The position numbers and the translations under genes were made by a program. Shown piece by piece: positions 10,301-25,969 of a stretch of DNA of 64,000 nucleotides. Location: the NCBI GenBank assembly GCA_030141605.1, contig JAQGDQ010000024.1, positions 806,001-870,000 of the forward strand, read 5' to 3'. A model generated the notes under the pieces. The model saw nothing but the letters and a program-made list of their open reading frames with translations, was not told where the DNA came from and did not search any database. The first letter of the stretch is position 1. The number at the start of each line of letters is the position of its first letter. This stretch comes from Tubiluchus corallicola (Eukaryota > Animalia > Priapulida).

Positions 10301-13077
10301 GTCACGACATACAATGCTTGTTGCCTGATACAAGTAAATGACTAACATTGCCATAGTTAACAATTACTCGAGTGATATTGCGAGACTTATAGCTGTATTT
10401 AGGAAAATGATAACCATACAAATACGAGATATTAACATGAGAATTAGGAGAAAAAGCGTTATACCGTGTGTATAATGGATAACACTAATTGTGGTACTCG
10501 GGTGGGTCCCAGTGGGGGTACGTGACAATGTGCATGACACAGCTAAAACATTAAACCTTTAAGCTTGTGCATGTTAAGTAGGTCATAAACAGGGAGGATC
10601 TATGTGAAAACACATTTAACCATCACAAGACCTAGAAATCGAACTATTCTCCTTAGAAGCATTGTTTCGTATAATTAGTGCATAGGTGAAAAGTTCAAGG
10701 TCAGTGAGCTGTTAGTGCATGAAGCCAAATGAAAGCGCTTTAAAGCTCCGAATGACCTAACCCCTTAATAGGCTAAGACATCTCTTGAATTAGGATTTTA
10801 AATCCCTGGCATTCATGTTTTTGAATTTTTAGTGGCTTCACAATGACAATATAAAACGTCATGGCGCTGGGTAGAAGATAACATACCAGCATGCCACATA
10901 GGTGGAATTGTTATTAGTGTAAGATGGTCTGCACCACCGACTGATGATTGACATGTAGATAAATAGTTTATAAATGCATGCCTAACTAATCGAATTGCGT
11001 TATTTTGTTGTGTGAATGTGGTCTTATAAACTGCGCTGCGTAAGCCAAACTTGTTACAGACCCGTGTGAACAGCATAATGGCTTCACACAGAGAGCGATT
11101 TTTGTTGAAAGCATGTTTTTGTGAACAATGAACAGGCCAAAGCTTACTCACAATCGCGTGAACAAGCATCACAATGTGCTTTCTTCAGTCACAAGTCACA
11201 ATGTGGCAAAGGCATGAACATGGCTTCACAGATCCGCCATTATTGCATTGTACATGCACAGTGTTTTCTAACCCAACGTGCTGTTTCACGAGATGAAACA
11301 TTAAGCTTTCGGCTCCTTTCATATTCTAATCAGACATTACTCTAAATGAGAAAAGTTGAGAGCAAATCTGTGCGAACTGAATATGCATGACCGCCGAGCC
11401 ACCATGTTAAACATCCTGATGGGCCTCCCGGGATGGCTTTAAGCAAGCCGGCCAGAATAAACTAATTAATTTTTTTGCAAAACCTGCGCAGAAATTAGGT
11501 TAGGTTTAGTCAGACTACTATAAATATTAATTATTCCAAGATGCCGGCATAAAATAAGGCATGCAGTTCCCAAGAGGACTGTAGAAACGTGATGCGTATA
11601 TTGTCTTAAACCCATGTCAAAATTTCCATCGTCTCAACCAGTAACAGAAGATGGCAAGACATTACAATAGGAAAGGGTTATCCATGCAGAATTATAGTCC
11701 ATTTTAACCCAGCACTATTCGCCATTATAGGAATACTATAACAGAACAACTGAAGAAATCACTAAATAACATTGCTAATATATGTTTCAAATTAATAAGC
11801 ATAAGGCGTAACACAAAAGTTAACTTCAAAAGTGACAATTTCGCGCATTTTCAAATTCATAGTCAGAAACGAATAGATAAGTGGTCAAGAGAACATCGGA
11901 TCATCCTAGTAAACAGGTATGTGGCCGCTAGGAAAGTTGGTACTTGGAAGTTTCAATGGCTATACTCACTTATATACATACGCTGTTCACTGTCTCATCA
12001 TAAAGAATTATCCTTCGTAATTAGTTAAGTTCTGGTCCTGCTATAGCAATCAACATTAGTGCCTCACTGCTAATAAAAGTAACGAAGCGCAAAAAAGCTA
12101 AATGGTCATGGGTATGCGCAACACACAGGTCGAGCGTCCGAGTCTGGTCAGTAAATGAATCCATAAGTAGAACTCAAAACTTGATACCAACACGTTGGAA
12201 TCGACCCACTAGTGAACACAGGTATGCCGTATATAACGCCATAACTTATGATGATTATTTAACTTTCAAAACGTAGGTCTTTATTAAAATCTGAGTGCCC
12301 GTTTCTTCAAAGTAAAGTTTAAATCTGAACTTCAAGAATCTAGACCTCAACTCAAGGCAAGATTTTGTACTATGCAAATTCAGCCCTGCAATCCGGAAGC
12401 TGATGTCTGTCTCTCATTCATCAACAGCTTAATAATTTAACATTTATACATGAATTAACTCGCTTTATTTCCAGAAATTTGCTTTTCCCGGGAAGCAGGC
12501 AATTAGGAGAGTTTCAAGATTTTAATATTCAGAAAACGCAAAAATATGTAAAGCTCGCCAAGCTGTAATTAGGATTAATTATAAATAAGACAATGTGCGG
12601 CAAAAAAGATCTTGCAGTCGCACATGTTACGAAGACAAATTGCGTTTCATAATTGTTTGTCAGTTGCTACTAGCAACCAATTAACATACACTGGCTGCTG
12701 TCAAATTTTAATGGACCATTTTCCTCCACTTATGTCATTTGTGAAAATTATTAGCTATATATAATTTCGCAATTCTTTACGGTGATAAATGAACAAACGT
12801 CAAAGCCGTGTGGCGCTGCATTTTCTACCTATTGATGATAAGCTTGGATTGTTTTTAAGTTTGAAGGCGCGAGAAAGCGCGAGAATGTTGCGCGTATGTC
12901 TAATCGGAAAAATAGCCATAATCTGAAAAAGTAAAATATGCTTCCCTCACCGTTTCCTGTCCAGAGGGTCGTCTCTTATGACTACACTAATGACAAATTT
13001 TTGTTCTTTTGGTATTCTAATTCGAAATTGTAACGCAATGGTGGTGGATCACATGTAAGCAGTGATAAGTGACCTTT

Positions 13078-13170
13078 TCTGGACAAATTAAAGGGCAAGT
13101 TTTTAATCATCCATTTTACAACACTCTGGACAAATTAAAGGACAAGCCTTATCATCCATATTACAACACT
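13078..13170. repeat. Tandem duplication, ~47 bp x2
   Basis: tctggacaaattaaagg.caag...atcatccat.ttacaacact occurs at 13078 and 13125. Confidence 0.9.
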
Positions 13171-14475
13171 AAAATATAAGAGAAATTAACAATAAAAATT
13201 TTTAAATTTTGTTTAATTTCAAAACCGGTGTTTCTGAATGATTAAACTGACCGGTAATTTATTTCAGAAACAACAAATAACCGCCTCATGACTACTGCTT
13301 TGCCAAAATGAGAAAAGTGGATGAAAATCATGTAGAAACGTTAAATGCAAATGACAATGGATCATGAAATCAACAACGAGAGTAATAATGGCACTGCAAA
13401 AGAAAGAAAAAGGTAAGTTGTTAGGTAACAAGTCACTTCAGTATCACATATAGGTTTTTTTTGCAAACTTGAATACGGATGACTGGGTTAAAAAATATTA
13501 CAAACCTATACAGATTCAACTGCAAACCAACGGAATTGCGGCAAACGAAATATTGAGTATTGGGATGATAAGAACAAAAATGTCACATAACAATACACAC
13601 TTCCCTTAAAGTGATGACTTCTGAGGTTTATAGACAGGAATAAGAAGGCTAAACAAACACGATCTCTAAACTGCCACTTCCCCCAAATCCCCTCCTCTCC
13701 AAACAGGTGAAAGGTTTACCTTGTCACAACTTTTGTTCGTCACTAAATAATAATGTCTACTCGTAAGTCAAGAACCTGTTAATAATTCCTCAAGTCTTAA
13801 GATAACTAGGCTAGCAAAGCGTTAAGACGACACTAATCTGCTTTATTTAAATACTAACCATAATAAAAAGGCTAAAGTTGTTTGTTTAACACGCATTACA
13901 CCCAAGGTTGGATGTTGTTTTTGCTTCCAGCCCAGTTTCTTATACAAATGCATAAAAGTCCATTTAACTACTAAAGCTATTAATTGTGATCTGGCACTTG
14001 GTCGCTGGTCAATCTTTTTGCCAAACAACAAATGACCACTATTAGACGTCTTTTGTATTTTAACAAGTTTGTTAAACATTCACAATTTTTGTTATGGGTT
14101 GGAAGTTTATTCAGTTTAGGTTAAACAGATCAGAGGTTCGAACGTGTGAAAAAACAAAACTAGAGGCGAAAAGTGTGTAACCACGTTTGCAAAAGATTAA
14201 CGTTCAGTTTGGCTAAAAACAGTTCTCAACAACAACAACATCCTTAAATAAAGTAGCAAAATTTCGTCATTAAGAAAAAGGAATGTCAATGCATTTTAGA
14301 AGACAGTCATTTATTTGTTTATTTATCACGCATTTATTAAATTATTGTTTACTTAATTGTTATTTATCTATTCAATCAAATATTTTTTGCAATTGTTTGT
14401 TCTGTTCTTCTTCATACATGCATCTAGACAACCACTTATCAGCCATATTCCTTCATTTGTCTATTCACTGCTCAG

Positions 14476-14535
14476 TCATTCCTTCATTTATTCATTCACT
14501 CATTCACACATTATGTTACCTCACTCAGTTATTCA
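14476..14535. repeat. Degenerate (TTCA)n simple repeat
   Basis: tcattccttcatttattcattcactcattcac. Confidence 0.6.
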
Positions 14536-17500
14536 TACAGAAAATAGTTTTTCTGTGTAAAATGGAAAAGTTTACAACCCCCACAGAAACGTGTAGACGC
14601 TAGGAGCTGTTTAGACAATTTACATAAGTAATACTTAATGGGCGCCACTGCCAAAAGATTTCAACTTTATGACGAATATATAAGCTAACCTTTATTACAT
14701 CCTTTTAAGAAATAATAAACGCATATAACACACTATCAAATACCATTACAGGACGTTTGTGCTCATTTGGAAATAAAGGAAATACGTTCTTACTTAGCAG
14801 CTATTTTTCTAAACGAATGAAGAGTACAGCGACTCCCGAAATGTGTGCTTGAAAAGCACGTCATAGTGACGCTGAGAAATTTTGAACATTAAACGTTAAC
14901 ACATGTAAAGTAAATTCATTTTAAAATTTTACAAAATTGAGCACAAACATGGCAGTCAAGAATACACTTTATCTTAGGTGTTAAAGTAATTAGGAAATCA
15001 AACGTTTTTCAAGTTTAAATAGCTATCAAAAAGGGGTTGAAAAGTTGATTCACACCATTCACAAGAAGCGCTCTGCTAGTCCTAAGTAATAGACTTATCA
15101 GCGTTATTCTGTGTGTGCACAAATGTGCTTTTAAATACACCGAATAGAAAAATAGATATTATACATAGTTCCTAGATTCGATCGAAAATACACTACGACC
15201 AAAATAATGCATGTATGCGTACATGGCAGCCGTGGACAGTCTTGTGCATGCGTAATAAATGCGTTAAAATAGCTAATTTTTGATTGCGAATTGAAAACTT
15301 GAACACAGGCGACTTTATATTTTGATACAATCAACCATTAGCCCCGGAGGTGTAGCTAACAATCAATTACGCATTCAAATCAGTTCACAGTTCAGGGACT
15401 ACTTCAACAAATCAATCCGCACAAGCTTCGCTGTTTCTGGGCAAGACAAAGATAAGACAGAAACATAACCAAGCCGGCGTTCACAAAGACATTATTACAG
15501 CAATCATCAATTAACATCGTTAATTAACACGGTAACCTAGCAACAAGATGAGAAGAATGGATAGAAGCAGGTTAAAGGGTTTCACTACCGATAAGCCGCA
15601 CGCAATTTGAGAGAAAGCATTTGTGCAGTCTGGATTCCCCTAATACTAGGGTTTTCCTAAATTTTGACTTACAAATTGCAGGAAATCCTGTTACATGCAA
15701 ATTCATCACAAAAGCATCGTAGGATTAATGCAAAATTAAAGGAAAATTTAATCATAATCAACGTTTTTCTCTTGGGAACTTGCAAGTCTTACACATAAAT
15801 ATGAGTGAGTCTGTAGCAATGATTGAAAACTACAACAAAATAATGTCAATGTAGTCATAACATATAAACAATTTAACCAAAAAGTCCAAAGACACTTACT
15901 AGTATATGTCACATTGTTTGATAAGTCATTGGTCAGTGGTGACTCTGCAGGACATTGTGGATTACAGGCGGATTAATGCGTGGGTCTACTACCAGCAAAG
16001 ATATGTGGCTTCTGTATCAGCTGTTAACATTATTGATCTCATTTCTAACTTTTCCGGAGAAACTGAAGCCAATTTCTTGAATTTTACTGGAAATATCCAA
16101 ATAAATACGAAGCGATAAATCATTCGACAGCTTCAGCCGGTCGACTGGATCGATCCGAAAAATGGACGAAACTTTATTAACCCTTTCCAAACCGAACATG
16201 CTGTCATCTGGTTACAGTTCACTAGAAGCATAAATGAACTGTAACCACATGATGCCAAATAGTTCGCAATATGTTGGCAAGGAAAATGTTGGTGTGACAG
16301 TGTTCATCCTGGTGCGACAGGCACGCCAATGGCCGCCAGCGTATTCACGACAATACTGTCTTTAGGATTCACAGTCATTCATTTAATTCTGTGAAACAAT
16401 CACTAATAACATTAAAGCAGCTTCGCGCTGACGAAATTGAACTAACAGCCCTCAAAACTTAATAAGATCGAAATGCAAAAACTACACGATATAAAAATGA
16501 CACTTAATTATTCGCAAGGCTAATTTATTCTCATTAAAGACAGTCACACGAGCGCAAGAGATAAATTTTACAAGTGCAAGTAAACGGATATAATTGGCCG
16601 ACTGAAATAAAAGACGCGATTTTGATGAGTGAAAATAAATACACGTGGGCGTGTACTTCTTCTAATTTAGCTAATGCTTTTTTCTATTTAACTATTTGCT
16701 TAAAGATTTATCACAAAAAGTGCAACGAGTATGGATGTACTACTGGATATGGGGAGTACTGGTTTTTTACTATAATCTCAAGCGATATGTTAGCGTACAG
16801 AAAAACTGTTATTGTTTAGTAAGCATCGTACGTACGTTTATGCAGTGTCAAATACAGGAAATTTTAATTGTATTCATTCTCTTAAAATTTACTTTACTAG
16901 AATTACTGAAGGCTCGAAAAAACATATGTAATATTTGCATTTTGACTCTGTTCGAGTTCCTGTTCGAACTAACTTCACACTGTCCAAAATAAGGGCTACT
17001 GTGACCACCCATCAACGATCCGCCACAACGTTAATGCCATACTTAGTAAAAACAAAATGCACATTGTCAAATCAACACAAGCTGCGTTTACTGAACGACC
17101 GGACTGACGTAGTGCCATGAGTTTCTTGGCTGAATGTATCGTTTTTACTCTGGTATTGCAGTACTGTCATCGGCTACTCGCCATGTATGTGTGAATGCAT
17201 TAATTTTGTTTTGCGTTACCTAGATGGCCTTTTGACAGGCAGCCAAATACCAGTTCTAAGCTTAACCAATGCCGGTTCCGAGGAACCTAAACTTTGGAAC
17301 CCTAAGACATGTTTTACACATCTTGAAGTAACAGTGATGAAAGAGTTAAATGCCCAAATACAAGACAGACCTATATACTTGAGTTCGCATTGTATTTGTC
17401 GCATTCGAATCTCTAATATAGGAGAATGGAGAATATATACATTGGCCAATACATAAATCGCATACTTGTATGTATTTATGCGTGACAGGTTTAAAACTCG

Positions 17501-20500
17501 CGTACTTGGATAAGTCGGACAGCGGCACTGCTACACGCGCAATGCGCGAACAAGTTTTATATATATAGCGGATGCAAAAGCTTTACTTGCTCGGGCATTA
17601 TTTTTAAGTTATATCTGCTTCTATACCAACACTGGTTCGATAATATTTTACCCGCTTCAAAACTTGGTAACATGTTTAGTTAAGATGAAAGCGTTTTATG
17701 AATCTTAGCCCGTGCGTTTATAAATTTTTCCCTCATCCTCCACTTTCTGTTGCATCACTATAGCGTTTAATAAGGTGAACGTTAACCATACATGTAATTT
17801 CAGCATCTCTATAATAAGAAGAGAACGACACCATATGCACATGCAATAACGTTATACTGCATGCTTGCTCGGTAATGCTTTGATGCAACCGTTGCTTTTT
17901 TGGCATCAATAGAAAAGCAATGACGTTGCGCGCACTGAAAATCATATATCAGACTCGTGACAAGGAACCTTTTAGGCAAATTTTAATTATCTTTAGAGAT
18001 TGTGATCATTTATGAAATTGCATGTATAGACATCACTTTTGAAGCCGGAGAAAGAGAACGAGTGAGAGAGACAGCTGGAAAATATATAAAAGGCAATACG
18101 TACAAGGATTTCTCTGCCTCAACCTGTGCCATTGACTTATACAGTAATGATGAAACTGCTTCCCTTGCTTAATAAGTGTGAGTTAATATGACGTTTTTGC
18201 CGTGTTCTACGGAAAAAACGAGAACCTTTAGAACTACTCGCATTAATTCTTATTTCTGACTCATTACGAGCACGCACTCATTTTCATAATTATCGCAGAC
18301 GTCTTGGTAACAGGTTCTAATATAATTAGCAGAACATAATTGCCTAGAAACAAGATGCGCATGCAACTGCAATAGCATCATTTCTTGTTGCTAATGAAAC
18401 TCGCCCGGTTATGAGATGAAAACACATTAACATTGAAGCTATAATAAAATGTAATTTCTGGGCAAAAAATAAGAAAATATAAAAATTAAGCCAGCTAATC
18501 CGCATAATGAAGCAGAAACAATGAACCGCTATGTAGAATATTAAATTGCACAACAGAAGGCGCGTCTACGATGGAGAATGATGGGGGGAGCAGTTTAGAA
18601 GTGTAGGGGCAGGGCTGTTAATTGACCGACACTAGCAATTACAACTCAGGCCAAATCCACGACAAATACTTAACGGAAGAGTAGTAACTCTTTACTGGCT
18701 ATGCTGAATACCTTATTAACCCGAAAATAAGCAGAAAAGCTGCATACCTGAATTAAGGCTACCCAACTTTGGCCCTTAAAAACCACAATTTTTCCCTGTA
18801 CGCGCAAAAGTTTTCACGATTTCTCAAAAATTTCAATAGGCCCAAATGTATTTCTCTGTATGCGGGCAAAACTTTTAGACACGCAAAATTATCGCGTTGT
18901 TTTGAAATTCAGGGCTACGGAGAATGCAATTATGGCAAGTTGCATCAATTTTAATTCCTGAAGTAATAATACTAATACATAAATCCAAATAATCTAAGCC
19001 ACTCATGCGTTAAAAATAATCAGTAATTCAATTACGAAATAGATTTTAAGCCAGTTAGAAAACTAAAGCGTATACATTACTCGGGCTCTGCTGTCAATCT
19101 TTAGGTTTACATAATGCATTCATGCTCGCATGTGCAGTTATACACTAACATAATATTGGCTATTTAAGTTTTTTTTTATCATTTTAAATGTCGACATAGA
19201 ATCGTCCAACTGGCGCCTGAGCCTGAAAAATGGGCGAAGCACGACGTCAGTGCCTTTAGAATTTAATTAGTCTCATTTCCTGTCGCTGAGAAAGACAAGC
19301 CAATCTCAGAATGGGTAAACTTCATTAATAACGCAGAAAAGAAAAAACTCCCGATAAAAAGCGCAAAATCTAAATTGCTAAAGTTGCAGACTAGCAACCT
19401 AATTAATCAAAGAAACAGAATGGGCGAATTATCGGACAGGTGTCGATTATGCTTGAACATGCACAGTTTGATTAATTCTTTTAACGGGGCTAATCTTCTA
19501 GGCTATTTATCAATCGTTGCTCAACAATTAAAATTCTTATAACCTTTATGAGCTGGCATGCTATCAATTTCAAATTTCATTAAATTAATTATTGCTGGGT
19601 GCTAAAAAGAAAGCTAAAGACATTTAAATTGCAATCAAGTGCAAGATCATTAATTACGGCATTGTTCGTAAGACAAAGGCTGTAAATTTTCTTCGCACTA
19701 AATAATAATTTTCCTGAATTTTGCAGGCTAAGACAAAGAACCCTTGAAAGGTGGCATTGCAATCATAGTCAACACTAACCATAACGACGCTCGTCTAGTT
19801 ACATAGTGGTGCTACAGAAGCAGAAAAAGTTTGGTCACGAAAAGAAAGGTCTCAAAAAATTATGTTCTTCGAATGCCTTGCACGGTGTTGCCACTTTCAA
19901 CACGACACTCAAGGATGTAAAGGTCACATAGACGAAGGCAGCTTGAGTCAAAAAATACATATGACAGAAACACATTTATGGTCAGTGGCATCAGAAAAAC
20001 TTTGAAGATGATGGTAAATTGATATCTTTAATTATTGACGCAAAAGAGCTTCTTAATGCTTGCTGCTGACGTTAAATGTACAACGATTTACACCTGTACT
20101 ATTAATAGATAGAGAACGTCACTGATGAAAGTTGCGTGGTTGAGTGGTTATACAAATAAAGATTAGAACAGAATTGATATTTCAAACAACGAAAAAATTT
20201 CCAGAAGAGTCCTAGATGGTGTGTACTTTCGTTCTTATTCTGTTACCTTTTAATACATATTATTGCGGGTGGGATTTTTTTAAAAGAAACACTGGTATTT
20301 CTAAAAAAGTTTGAAACTTATAACCAAAGCCTGTGTATCACTGCATCATCTATACGTGCCTTGATAGGTTTTCGTTTCCGAAATTAATTCACATCGGTGT
20401 CACTAAATAATCTCAACTGTCACCGCACGCATAATTATGAGATGTATTAATATTTTATGATTGTTAATTTCTGCACATGTGTAGTTTAACTATTAATGTC

Positions 20501-20914
20501 TCAAGCTAAAACTTATTCAAGAGTTGCACGCGCCTCTGGAGACTAATGCCAGCGCATAATGGAAATGTCTATTACCATTACTTTGGTACGAACTTAATTA
20601 ATATAAAACTTCCAGACGGGGGAGCCTCTTTCTCGTCACTGGCATCCTCAACGCAAATGACGTCAAGTAACAGTCGATCCAAATTAATAAAAATTGTCAA
20701 ATCCTATTATTAGCCTGAATTAGTGCATAACTTCAAACGATGCACCACCATGCGGGATTTATAATATTCCACGCGAAAGGGTTCTAGATTTTGTGTCCGC
20801 CCTGTACTACAGAAAACTGCTATTTGATGTGCAAAACAACAAAATGGGCATTAGTTAATGAGTGTTTGATCTGCTTTTTGCAACGTGCAAATGCTGGCAT
20901 TTTTTTTCAATGAG

Positions 20915-20940
20915 CCCCCCCCCCCCCACACACACACACA
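20915..20940. repeat. Poly-C followed by (CA)n microsatellite
   Basis: A run of C followed by acacacacacaca. Confidence 0.85.
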
Positions 20941-23900
20941 AACTGAGACAAATTAAAATGTGTTGTCGAATCGACTATGCAAATATTAGAAGTCTTGGCT
21001 TGCTCAAGATTGTAATACATACGTTTTGAGTAAACATTCGCTCTCTCTCACACAACATACATTGGCAATAAACAAACAGCTTCTCAAAAATCAAGCATTT
21101 GACTCACAATCGCTGCTTCAATGCTGCTTATCTGGAGATTAAAGGGCTTTCATTTACAGCAAATATAAACATTTTGCAGCAACTTAATAATAATATGTTT
21201 TGAAAAATTAACAGTTTCTCTAAATGTTAAAGTTTGCAGTGTTAAAAACGTACAAAGTTGTGTTTACTTATACGACCATAGTAATGCGTTTTATTGAGTA
21301 AAAGCCTTATATATATACATCAATGGATATGAGCAAATTATTACAGCTCAACAACCTGTAAACACAGTAAGCTGGTAAAAATATTACATAATACGTATGC
21401 CTAAAACAACTGAGATTATATACACAGCAGAACGGTTTTCAATTACAACTTGTACCTCATTTGCCAATCCCGTACTCGTCGGTGAAGTAAACACTTAAAA
21501 AAGCAGCTCACGTCTATTACTACGCACACTGAGTGGCTGGGGTTGTTTCCAACAAGTTTATTTAACCTCAACAGCATTTCAAAACAATCGCCAACCGTGA
21601 AATCAGTCAGAGAACAATTTACTTAAATTTAACTCAACAGTGAGTTTGCACACCCTCAAAGAATCACTAAAGCACAAGAACACTGAAGGCAGCCGGCGCA
21701 TTACCAGTTATTAACTTACTGCAGTATACATATATCGGAAATAATTTATAATTTATTGAAAGGAAAACAGCCTTGTAATGTATACGTATATAAGAAAACG
21801 TACGCAGAGAAGTTTTGAAGCTTAATAACAAAAAGAGGAATATTAACAGTACTGTACTAATGACGCACATTTGACCTAGCTAGCTGACATAAGTTGTTGT
21901 CACAGTATAGACTTTTTGATAAACTGTCCTTAAAACGTCTTTTTTAAAATACATCTAATTTAATCAATTTCTCTCTGTATTGCTCTCATTTGAGCTCTTT
22001 CAGCCAATTTGCACACATTCTATTAAAAAGTCAGTTCCTCAGCTTCTCTGTAAGTGCTTTGAACACATGTAAAATTTTTACATCGTGAAAAAGTTTCCAA
22101 AAAAGCTGTAGTCTAATATATTGAAACGGCTAAACTTTTAATTAGAATCTTCCTCAAATCGTATACAATTTTGGAAAATTCCATTAGGTGCCAAAAACAA
22201 GAGATCTAAACAAAAACGAGAAATACATTATAAATTATACTATGGTATTACAAAAGACTGGAGCATGTGTATAAACAGCACACCACTCACTACAATTTTA
22301 CTAAAAACTGCATAAAATTGTCGATTTTGCTTATTGATTAATCGATTATTGGAAATGATTTACTGTGTAAGCTATGCATAAAACACACCGTTAATTATTA
22401 ATCTTCAACGAATCTTCTATCGACAATCTAATAAATCAGAAATCCTATCATCTTAACAAAGTTTAATTATAATTTTGGTCTAATTCAATCCCGTGTCTGT
22501 CACCATTTGGACTTTACAATATGACCTGCTTTGCTAGCATTTATCGTTAAGACAGTACATGTAAGAAACTTCACTTTGTAATTAACTTGCATGTAATTAG
22601 TTAATTACGGGTAAATACCTGAGATAATTATAGACATTTGTAGCGTGCTACACCTGTGAACAGCCATTATAGATAAATGACCAGGCATCCAAGTCAAAAG
22701 CAAAAATTGAAATTTAAAATAGGTTTGTTATGCTGATGTGGTAATTATGCCTTTAGACCTTAAAGGGTAAACAGTAGCTATATCAATTAGCTTCTTTGCA
22801 TTATTAATGTACCTATACCTAATCTATCGGTTCAAGCTGAACAAGTTATGCAGTTAATTATGATTCATATTTTCTTTTAGAAAAAAGAGAAGGATACGAT
22901 AATTACAACTTTTTTATGTTTTCGCAAAATTTGTTCCGGAAACGTAAGATTCTTCAAATATTTAATAGTTACTACAGTTTTGAAAGCATTTGAACACTAC
23001 AAAATTTCGCTAAACAAAGAGAAAGAAGAAAGGAACAGAAAAATAGGAACGCTTTTATAAAGAAAGTGAGAAAAACAAAAGAAAAAATAATGTAAAAACA
23101 AACAGTAGATGTATATGCAAAAAATTTGGATATCGTTTTTTGTGGGCTTCATAAATCAAATAGTGAAAATATAGTAATTAATCGATCTAGAAAACGTTTT
23201 GAACCAACTACATCTTGCCTTTTGTCAATAACTTTAGAATGTTTTAATTTATATAAATACGTAAATATGAATAAAGGCGAATAAAAATAGCTTTACATAG
23301 ATTAGAGTGCCACTATCAAGCAAATTCCGTAGTGATAGAGTTAGCAGTAGGCACACTTCTACAGAATGGTCCAAAAGTATCCAGTATGTCTGTCACCAGG
23401 GAAAAATGTAAACAATTAAGAGTTTGGCCAAGATATGAATGTAGCTTTAACTGGCCTAACACTGTCAGCATAGTAACCTCCACTTTTATTTATTTCCTGA
23501 CAGCACATTTTACTGCATAAACTCTCTTTTTCCCTCTCTAGTTTTTGTAAGTACAGTAATGAGAGCAGACTGTGTATACAACTACGGCTAATACCAGGCT
23601 CAGGCCTAAATCAACTAACCTTGAAGTTATTTACCACAGTTTAAGCTAACAAGGGCCCGGCAAAAACGAGTTTTTAATGCCTTATTATTAATTTCGCCGC
23701 AGTGCTAAGTGTTTAAGCAATCCAGGTGTATTATATACAGCACCCATGCGTCTCTCGTCTATAATATAGGCTCGCTATACTTACAGCTGTTCCTTTAATT
23801 AGTGTGAATTATAATTATGGAAATTTCGCTTCGATTTTCCTGCCTCTGTCAAGACAAGTAAGGGAGGCACAAAGGTTGGATGCGCCCTCACGTGACATAA

Positions 23901-24002
23901 GTCTAGGGGGGGGGGTTAAAGTAACTAGATATACATGTCACCTGAGCTTTGCCCGTTTTACTAATTATGGGAAATCAAGTGCATTTATACTTTATGTACA
24001 GA

Positions 24003-24056
24003 CAGTGATTAAGCATAGATGCCCGAAAAACAGAACGTATGGGTTCGAGACCTAGT
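24003..24056 (+). mobile_element. Degenerate tRNA-derived (SINE-like) head
   Basis: cagtgattaagc is an A-box remnant. GGTTCGAGACC (B-box, 24042-24052) sits in a TGGG/CCTA T-stem. Confidence 0.35.
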
Positions 24057-25756
24057 TGAGATTTAAATTTTTAGGACTTTCCAATTTAGTATTGCCTCCA
24101 TGCGTTTATTGGATTACATAATCCATAAACATCCAATGAAACCTGTTTCACCTAAACTATTTTTAGTAAAGTTAAGTAAGGAGAAATATGGATCTTGGGA
24201 GAATAGTGTTACTGAAGGCTGGAAATTCATTGTAAAATTAACTACGCAACTCGCATCGCAAGGAAGTGAAAATGATAGCTCTAACATCTAGAACCTTAAC
24301 AGTCTTAACTCCTCCTTCAACCATCCCAACTCAGCCAATCTGATCAGGGCTCCGGTATGTTCCCAAACTTCAACTCGGCCACTTGAAAATGACAGACGCC
24401 CCTACCCCCAGTGCCTCTAAATGACCATCAATTTCATAACAATCACAGCGAGTCTGCACGCTGAGCTTTTCAGCAACCAAATTTGCACAATAAAAGATGT
24501 GACCCTTAAAGTTTAAACTTAACAAGAGCCGTTGAAACACCGATACTCGAGTCTGGGTTATAAATTCCAGGAGATTTTTTTCTTTGTTGCGTCGGCGCAA
24601 TCTTTAAAGATTCTTTAAAAATGCAATCAGACAACGCTGAATAGCACGCTCACTACTAGACGTTATTTACAACTGAGAGGTTGTGGCTCAAGTTCTGTCT
24701 TTTTTTACAATTATTAGATGTTCAATTCATGCTGCTTGTATTTAATATTAGCAACAAGTCTGCATGACAAGTGGCAATTGACAGCTTACCTTTACTTTCC
24801 ATGGAACATTACACTATAGTCAGGTATCCTGCTGTATATTCTATGCAATCGCCCATTATTGAATCCAACCAATTTTGGCATGTCCTCATTTTTTTAAAAT
24901 ACAATTATATTACACATATCATTCTTAAAACGGCATATCGATAAAAAATCAGTAATTTAAATGGCACGTTCTAAGCACAAAAGATGAATTTCAACTTGCG
25001 TATTTTCTCGAATTTCTAGTAATATTCACACTATTCGCGGCAGCGACCAAACATACACAAATCGCGTGTACTATTGATGAGTTTGAAAAACAAATAACTT
25101 TGTAATTGACGTTTTTTACGTCATCCTGCATAAAAGCGTGATCAAGCTTTCAGTCACCCAATACATCAATTAATTTCGCAAAGATGGTCTACGTACGTGC
25201 TCAGTATAATTACGTACACGTCCAAGCACAGTGTAGAACTAAATTACGGTGCTTGAAACACCCAAATGCATTTAACTGTTACAGGTATTAAATGCTCGAA
25301 CTTTGTGTAATCATGCATTGAGTGAAGTATACCTGTTGGTGAAGAGATTATACCATGAACTTTTCAGGTGAGAAACGTTCAGTAGCTACATGGTCACTGC
25401 TCTTTTTGACCAGTGGTCAACTCATTAATGTGTATCGCAGCTATGAAAAATGTGTACGTATATTTGATTTAGTTATACATACACATAATACAAATATAAT
25501 GTATACGAAGCTAATGGAAAATCAAATATATATATATATATATAGTAGCGTCACAGAGCTTAAAATTTTTCGTTGTAAATACTCAACTCCTCCTAGGGAA
25601 CAGTGGCAGCATAACGTAGAATTAATAAATTTTGTAATTAACCTGAAGCCTTAGTGTATTGTTTTTTCTTTATGGGTTATTGCAGCTTACATTACTATAT
25701 AAACAAACGTTAAGTTTAAACAATTTCGGTGAAATAAAATTCATCTTTACCCCGGG

Positions 25757-25779
25757 GATGGTGATTATTGATGATGATA

Positions 25780-25822
<43 letters not shown>

Positions 25823-25969
25823 CGATGACGGTGATGATGATGATGATAACGATTGATTATGATGGTGATGATGATCGATGATGATGATGGTGATGATGAT
25901 GGTAATGATGATGATGATGATAATGACAATGATAATGATGATGAGGACGACGACGACATAGATGATAAT
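25757..25969. repeat. (GAT)n trinucleotide microsatellite, imperfect
   Basis: Long gatgatgat run with gac/ggt/aat interruptions. It explains the spurious poly-D/S/H ORFs. Confidence 0.97.

Noticed and set aside
11496-11511. TTAGGTTAGGTTTAG as an interstitial telomeric repeat
   Set aside because: Only about two units, which is too short.
25659-25959. Poly-Asp and poly-Ser/His ORFs
   Set aside because: Translations of a (GAT)n microsatellite.
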